From positions 1 to 46,751 of the forward strand of contig JADFMT010000001.1 of the NCBI GenBank assembly GCA_022563755.1: a stretch of DNA of 46,751 bases, read 5' to 3'. Below are positions 43,581 through 46,751 of the stretch, in pieces. The notes under the pieces are model-generated. The model made no database searches. It had not been told where the DNA came from and saw nothing but the letters and a program-made list of their open reading frames with translations. Positions within the stretch are counted from its first letter, which is position 1, and each line of letters starts with the position of its first letter. The position numbers and the translations under genes were made by a program. Source of the stretch: Patescibacteria group bacterium (lineage in GTDB: Bacteria; Patescibacteriota; Minisyncoccia; HO2-45-28).

Positions 43581-44075
43581 ATGATAAAAAAAGTTCCATT
43601 TCGCTTCCATACCCCGTATGCAATGATTTCTTTTGAAGAACTAACCGAGGAGATTATTGCCTATATTCGCGTTAAATCAAAAAAAAATTATTCCGTGATG
43701 ATCGGGAGCGACTCGCGCGCCTCAAAAGAAGCAGAGATCGTAACCGCGATCGCGGTTTGGAGGATTGGTAGCGGCGGGCGATATTTTTGGACTAAATCCA
43801 AGATGGAAATATGCCCGACTATGCGTGATCGGATTTATAAAGAGACGATGCAGTCAATCACTCTGGCTCAAGAGATGAAAAGCGCCCTGCGTGATCAATT
43901 GGGAGACGAATTCTTTTGGAATAATCAGTTCATCGTTCATATTGATGTCGGCGAGAACGGTCCAAGCAAAGAGTTTAAAGACAGCGTGCTGGGCATGGCG
44001 CGAGGTTTTGGCCTGGATGCCGCCATCAAACCTTTTGCAGTTGCAGCTTCAGTCCTTGCTGACCGACATACGTAA
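43581..44075 (+). CDS. YkuK/DUF458-family RNase H-like protein
   Basis: VMIGSDS, IVTAIAV, VHIDVGENG and IKPFAVAASVLADRHT match the remembered YkuK pattern (IGTDSQ...VTAI...D.G...IKPDS.AAS..ANR.T). The ORF track starts at GTG 43563; ATG 43581 is preferred. Confidence 0.6.
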   Translation: MIKKVPFRFHTPYAMISFEELTEEIIAYIRVKSKKNYSVMIGSDSRASKEAEIVTAIAVWRIGSGGRYFWTKSKMEICPTMRDRIYKETMQSITLAQEMKSALRDQLGDEFFWNNQFIVHIDVGENGPSKEFKDSVLGMARGFGLDAAIKPFAVAASVLADRHT

Positions 44076-44083
44076 ATTCCTCG

Positions 44084-44159
44084 CCGCCCATAGCTCAATT
44101 GGTAGAGCAGCTGCCTCTTAAGCAGTTGGTTCCAGGTTCGAGTCCTGGTGGGCGGACCA
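44084..44159 (+). tRNA. tRNA-Lys (anticodon CUU), CCA encoded
   Basis: Hand-folded cloverleaf: acceptor ccgccca/tgggcgg, U8, D arm gctc-aattggta-gagc, anticodon arm gctgc-CU[CUU]AA-gcagt, variable tggtt, T arm ccagg-ttcgagt-cctgg, discriminator A, CCA. 76 nt. Confidence 0.9.
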
Positions 44160-44170
44160 ACAAAAAATAC
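44140..44170 (+). repeat. 31-bp direct repeat copy 1 (tRNA-Lys 3' 20 nt + 11 nt downstream), att-like
   Basis: gagtcctggtgggcggaccaacaaaaaatac, identical to 44387-44417. Confidence 0.95.
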
Positions 44171-44196
44171 TTGGGCGTGTTCCAGGTATTTTTTGT
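44160..44196 (+). terminator. tRNA-Lys terminator hairpin
   Basis: acaaaaaatac (44160-70) pairs with gtattttttgt (44186-96), a perfect 11 bp with a 15-nt loop. Confidence 0.5.
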
Positions 44197-44386
44197 TTGC
44201 CCATAGGACGAGAACCTTAGGAAGGGGGTGTCAGACGCGAGGCTCTTTCGCGAAGCGAAAAGCCCCGTCTCCGGGGAAACGGGAGTTTCCCCGTGGAGGA
44301 AAGCAGCGAACGAAGTGAGCGCTGAAAACCGAGGGGTTGTCAGGGAGCGAGCGTAGTGAGCGACAGGTTCTAGGAGCAGAGCGACG
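44171..44386. mobile_element. 216-bp GC-rich non-coding segment enclosed by the att-like repeats (possible remnant of an integrated element)
   Basis: Flanked by the exact 31-bp repeats. Its composition and GAGCG/GCGA-rich repeats are unlike the flanks. No credible ORF. Confidence 0.3.
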
Positions 44387-44417
44387 GAGTCCTGGTGGGC
44401 GGACCAACAAAAAATAC
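44387..44417 (+). repeat. 31-bp direct repeat copy 2 (orphan tRNA-Lys 3' end), att-like
   Basis: Exact copy of 44140-44170. No T-stem 5' strand lies upstream of it, so it is not a functional tRNA. Confidence 0.95.
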
Positions 44418-44504
44418 CTGTCCGATTGCGTCGTGTTACGGTCTTGTGATAATCTAGCCATTAGAAATGCTTCTTTCATAACCCTGTCTTAGGAGATTGA
44501 GGCG

Positions 44505-45122
44505 ATGAAAAAGATAACATGGCTGATTGCTTTATTATTTTTTCTCCTGTTCTCTGCGTGTGCTGTTTTTACCAGGGGTGACGATATAATTGAGGTCTCG
44601 ACCGAGCAGGTTCGCGAGATTGCTGATTCTATAAACTTTCAATCCGAAGGATTGCTTAAAGTAGCTTACGCTGAAATCCCTCTCCATGCATACTTTCCAA
44701 AGGTTGTCTACGGTGTTCATTACAATGTTTTTATTATAAAACGAGCTGATCTTGTGACGCTTGATGACCGGAATCGCGCTAAAACATTGGTCGGCGAGAT
44801 TTTTCAACTAACGACTGAGCGCGTCCTTTCCAATGCACCGTCTATCTCTCATGTGGGCATCCAAGTTTTTGATCCGGACGTTTGGCTTAAGAGAGGCCAC
44901 AAACGCGGTCGCGTAACTCTATTTATCGCACCGCGAGAAAAGCTTCTCGAATTGAGGGGGTCGACTGATGCACTCAGTCAATGGCTAGAAGCCGCTGTAA
45001 GCCTTCCTATGGTTGTGATTTTTTCTTCAAAATTTCGTTCCTTGATAAATGAGCTTAATGAATTTCGCAGGCGACAGAATCCAAATCCGAAACAGTCGTT
45101 CGTTCCAAAGAGACTATTTTGA
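44505..45122 (+). CDS. Lipoprotein of unknown function
   Basis: MKKITWLIALLFFLLFSAC (signal peptide plus Cys). 205 aa, forming an operon with the ParB-like gene (9-nt spacer). Confidence 0.55.
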   Translation: MKKITWLIALLFFLLFSACAVFTRGDDIIEVSTEQVREIADSINFQSEGLLKVAYAEIPLHAYFPKVVYGVHYNVFIIKRADLVTLDDRNRAKTLVGEIFQLTTERVLSNAPSISHVGIQVFDPDVWLKRGHKRGRVTLFIAPREKLLELRGSTDALSQWLEAAVSLPMVVIFSSKFRSLINELNEFRRRQNPNPKQSFVPKRLF

Positions 45123-45131
45123 AAGGAGGCG

Positions 45132-46043
45132 ATGATGAAAGCAGTTGAAGAAGCCGGTCATGCGCTACCCGATTCGACTGGTAAAGTTCTTGAGATTGAA
45201 CGGAGCAGAATTCGGTCATTCCCCGGGCAGCCAAGGAGATATTTTGACGAAAGCGAGTTAAAAGAATTGGCAGAAAGCATCGCTGCAATTGGTCAACAGG
45301 TTCCTATTATGGTTTCACCGGTTGAGGGTGATCCTGATCATGGTTTTGAATTGGTTGACGGCGAAAGGCGATTTAAGGCATGTGGTCTTGCGGGCGTTGA
45401 GAAAATGCTTGCCTGGATAATTCCCAAAGACATTTTAGGGGATCAGTTCGTTAAATCCGTTATTTCAAATTTCGGACGCGCCGGCCATACGCCTCTTGAA
45501 ACCACTTGGGCAATACAACGAATCCTACAACGCACAAAAGATGTAAAACAGGTTGCAAAGATTTTTGCTCGTTCAACTGCATGGGTTTACCAACATTTAA
45601 GTTTAGTGAATCTTCATGATGATGCGCAGAAACTTATGCATCCAGCTCGTCCTCCTGAAGAACGTTTAACATTCCCGATTGCATTACTATTGGCACCGCT
45701 TCCGGGCATATTGCAGGCAGAGCTTGCTAAAGATGTTGTTGATAGAAAAATGTCAACGGCTCAAGCGCGCCACTATATTCGAGGACAAGCCCGGAGGAAA
45801 GGCTATCAAGCAGGAAGCCAAAAGCGTTCACCTGACGATGACTATCAGATTTTTCTTCACTTTGCCGAACGAGTCGTTAAACAAAGCGAGATTTTACTAG
45901 ATACGTCCCCAGAGGAGTTTCGCCGAATGTTCGATAGCCGATCGTCTAGAGAGAGTAGAGACCTTTGTATAGATCTGAGGCAGGGGATCAAAAATCTTAC
46001 GTCTCTTTTAGAAACTCTTGAATCGATTGAGAGGATGAAATGA
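45132..46043 (+). CDS. ParB/Srx-fold N-terminal domain + HTH protein (ParB-like, no ParA partner seen)
   Basis: IRSFPGQPRRYFDESELKELAESIAAIGQQVPIMV and LVDGERRFKA (the GERRxxA box). HTH-like VAKIFARSTAWVYQHLSLVNL. Strong SD AGGAGG upstream. Confidence 0.7.
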   Translation: MMKAVEEAGHALPDSTGKVLEIERSRIRSFPGQPRRYFDESELKELAESIAAIGQQVPIMVSPVEGDPDHGFELVDGERRFKACGLAGVEKMLAWIIPKDILGDQFVKSVISNFGRAGHTPLETTWAIQRILQRTKDVKQVAKIFARSTAWVYQHLSLVNLHDDAQKLMHPARPPEERLTFPIALLLAPLPGILQAELAKDVVDRKMSTAQARHYIRGQARRKGYQAGSQKRSPDDDYQIFLHFAERVVKQSEILLDTSPEEFRRMFDSRSSRESRDLCIDLRQGIKNLTSLLETLESIERMK

Positions 46044-46062
46044 TATTCTATAATGAGATCAA

Positions 46063-46104
46063 TGAAATCTCACCGCCAATGCATGATACGTGCTGCGGCG
46101 GTTT
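46063..46104 (+). terminator. Hairpin followed by T12 after the ParB-like gene
   Basis: accgcc (46063-68) pairs with ggcggt (46088-93), with an inner gca/tgc pair. T12 runs over 46093-46104, then GG, then T9 (46107-15). Confidence 0.5.
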
Positions 46105-46122
46105 TTTTTTTTTGGTTTTTTT

Positions 46123-46635
46123 TTAAGTCAAAGAAATTCCTGAAAAGTTTTTATAGGCAAAATATTTTGTTAAATTGTAGGTTAAAGTGTACGCTAAAAA
46201 CACATAGAAAACAATCCACTCATTTGTTATCAGGGCATAAACTAATGCAGGGATTGGGTAGTACAGCATGATTTCATTAAGATAAAAGAAATAGTCTTTT
46301 TTTCTCTTCTTTTTAACTGTTAAATAATCATCCAAATAATCCTTTAAAGAGCCAAAAACAACAAATAGGAGGAAGAAAATTGCAAACAACCAGAAATCAA
46401 ATTTTGCAAAGAAAAGAAAACTTATAAAAATAATGGTTGCTGCAATTTTGTGATTTAAATAATCAAGCCTGTTTCTGATCAGAAATGAAATATTCATTGC
46501 AAGCACTATGTTTGCAACAGTGTTTTGGCTTAAAATCAGTAGAGCGCCAAAAATTCCCCACACAAACCCATAAATAATTGCGCTTCTCTTAAACAATTTT
46601 AAGCCATGCTCGTCATGCAAATCGGCCATGTTCAT
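46123..46635 (-). CDS. Polytopic membrane protein, unknown function
   Basis: 170-aa AT-rich ORF with about 5 hydrophobic helices. No recognisable motif. Confidence 0.5.
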   Translation of the reverse strand: MNMADLHDEHGLKLFKRSAIIYGFVWGIFGALLILSQNTVANIVLAMNISFLIRNRLDYLNHKIAATIIFISFLFFAKFDFWLFAIFFLLFVVFGSLKDYLDDYLTVKKKRKKDYFFYLNEIMLYYPIPALVYALITNEWIVFYVFLAYTLTYNLTKYFAYKNFSGISLT

Positions 46636-46751
46636 TGTTATCCCATAAAATTGCTAATAGAATAATTATTGGTTCTGAAAAGAAGTTTTCTATCATTTTG
46701 TTTTCCTTGTTTTTGTCTGTTTTATAATCTAAAGTAAACCGTGTACATTGT

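Noticed and set aside
44231-44479. 82-aa minus-strand ORF in the GC-rich segment after tRNA-Lys
   Set aside because: It crosses the 31-bp att-like repeat, is Arg/Ser/Pro-rich low complexity, and has no start context. It is most likely a compositional artefact.
46053-46271. 72-aa plus-strand ORF after the ParB-like gene
   Set aside because: It runs through the hairpin/T12-T9 terminator (giving a poly-Phe stretch) and is antisense to a better membrane-protein ORF.

Overview
AT-rich (by eye about 40% GC) bacterial chromosomal window using the standard genetic code: TAA, TAG and TGA all end well-formed genes. It spans the replication-origin neighbourhood, with jag-yidC-rnpA-rpmH on the minus strand facing dnaA-dnaN on the plus strand. 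The dnaA-dnaN spacer holds a perfect DnaA box and an AT-rich stretch. Left of the origin (1.5-14.4 kb) lies a co-directional, translationally coupled 11-gene operon. It encodes a minimal Gram-positive-style type IV secretion-like apparatus: a PrgI-like protein, a VirB4 ATPase that appears split in two, a VirB6-like polytopic protein, and a VirB2-like pilin with a Cys-rich tail. The operon also carries several secreted or TM-anchored proteins of unknown function. One of these (907 aa) ends in a degenerate intein-like Hint domain, which is the most interesting candidate system here. Right of the origin is mostly housekeeping (class A PBP, tyrS, ruvC, yebC, ruvB, a PilB/GspE-type ATPase, tsaE, polA, holA, rpsT, uvrB, ruvA, murE) plus an archease-rtcB RNA-ligase pair preceded by a long imperfect hairpin. 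Other notable points follow. A GC-rich lipoprotein cassette with textbook promoter, SD and terminator looks horizontally acquired. A DUF2817/M14-like gene is interrupted by a single in-frame TAG. Two intergenic regions are bracketed by exact inverted repeats. A tRNA-Lys(CUU) gene is followed 216 bp later by an exact 31-bp copy of its 3' end (att-like), ahead of a lipoprotein/ParB-like block that runs to the window end. Gene content and style fit a Patescibacteria/CPR (Parcubacteria-like) genome, but that assignment is inference. No rRNA genes or CRISPR arrays were seen. All functional calls rest on motif recognition by eye; no database search or folding program was run.
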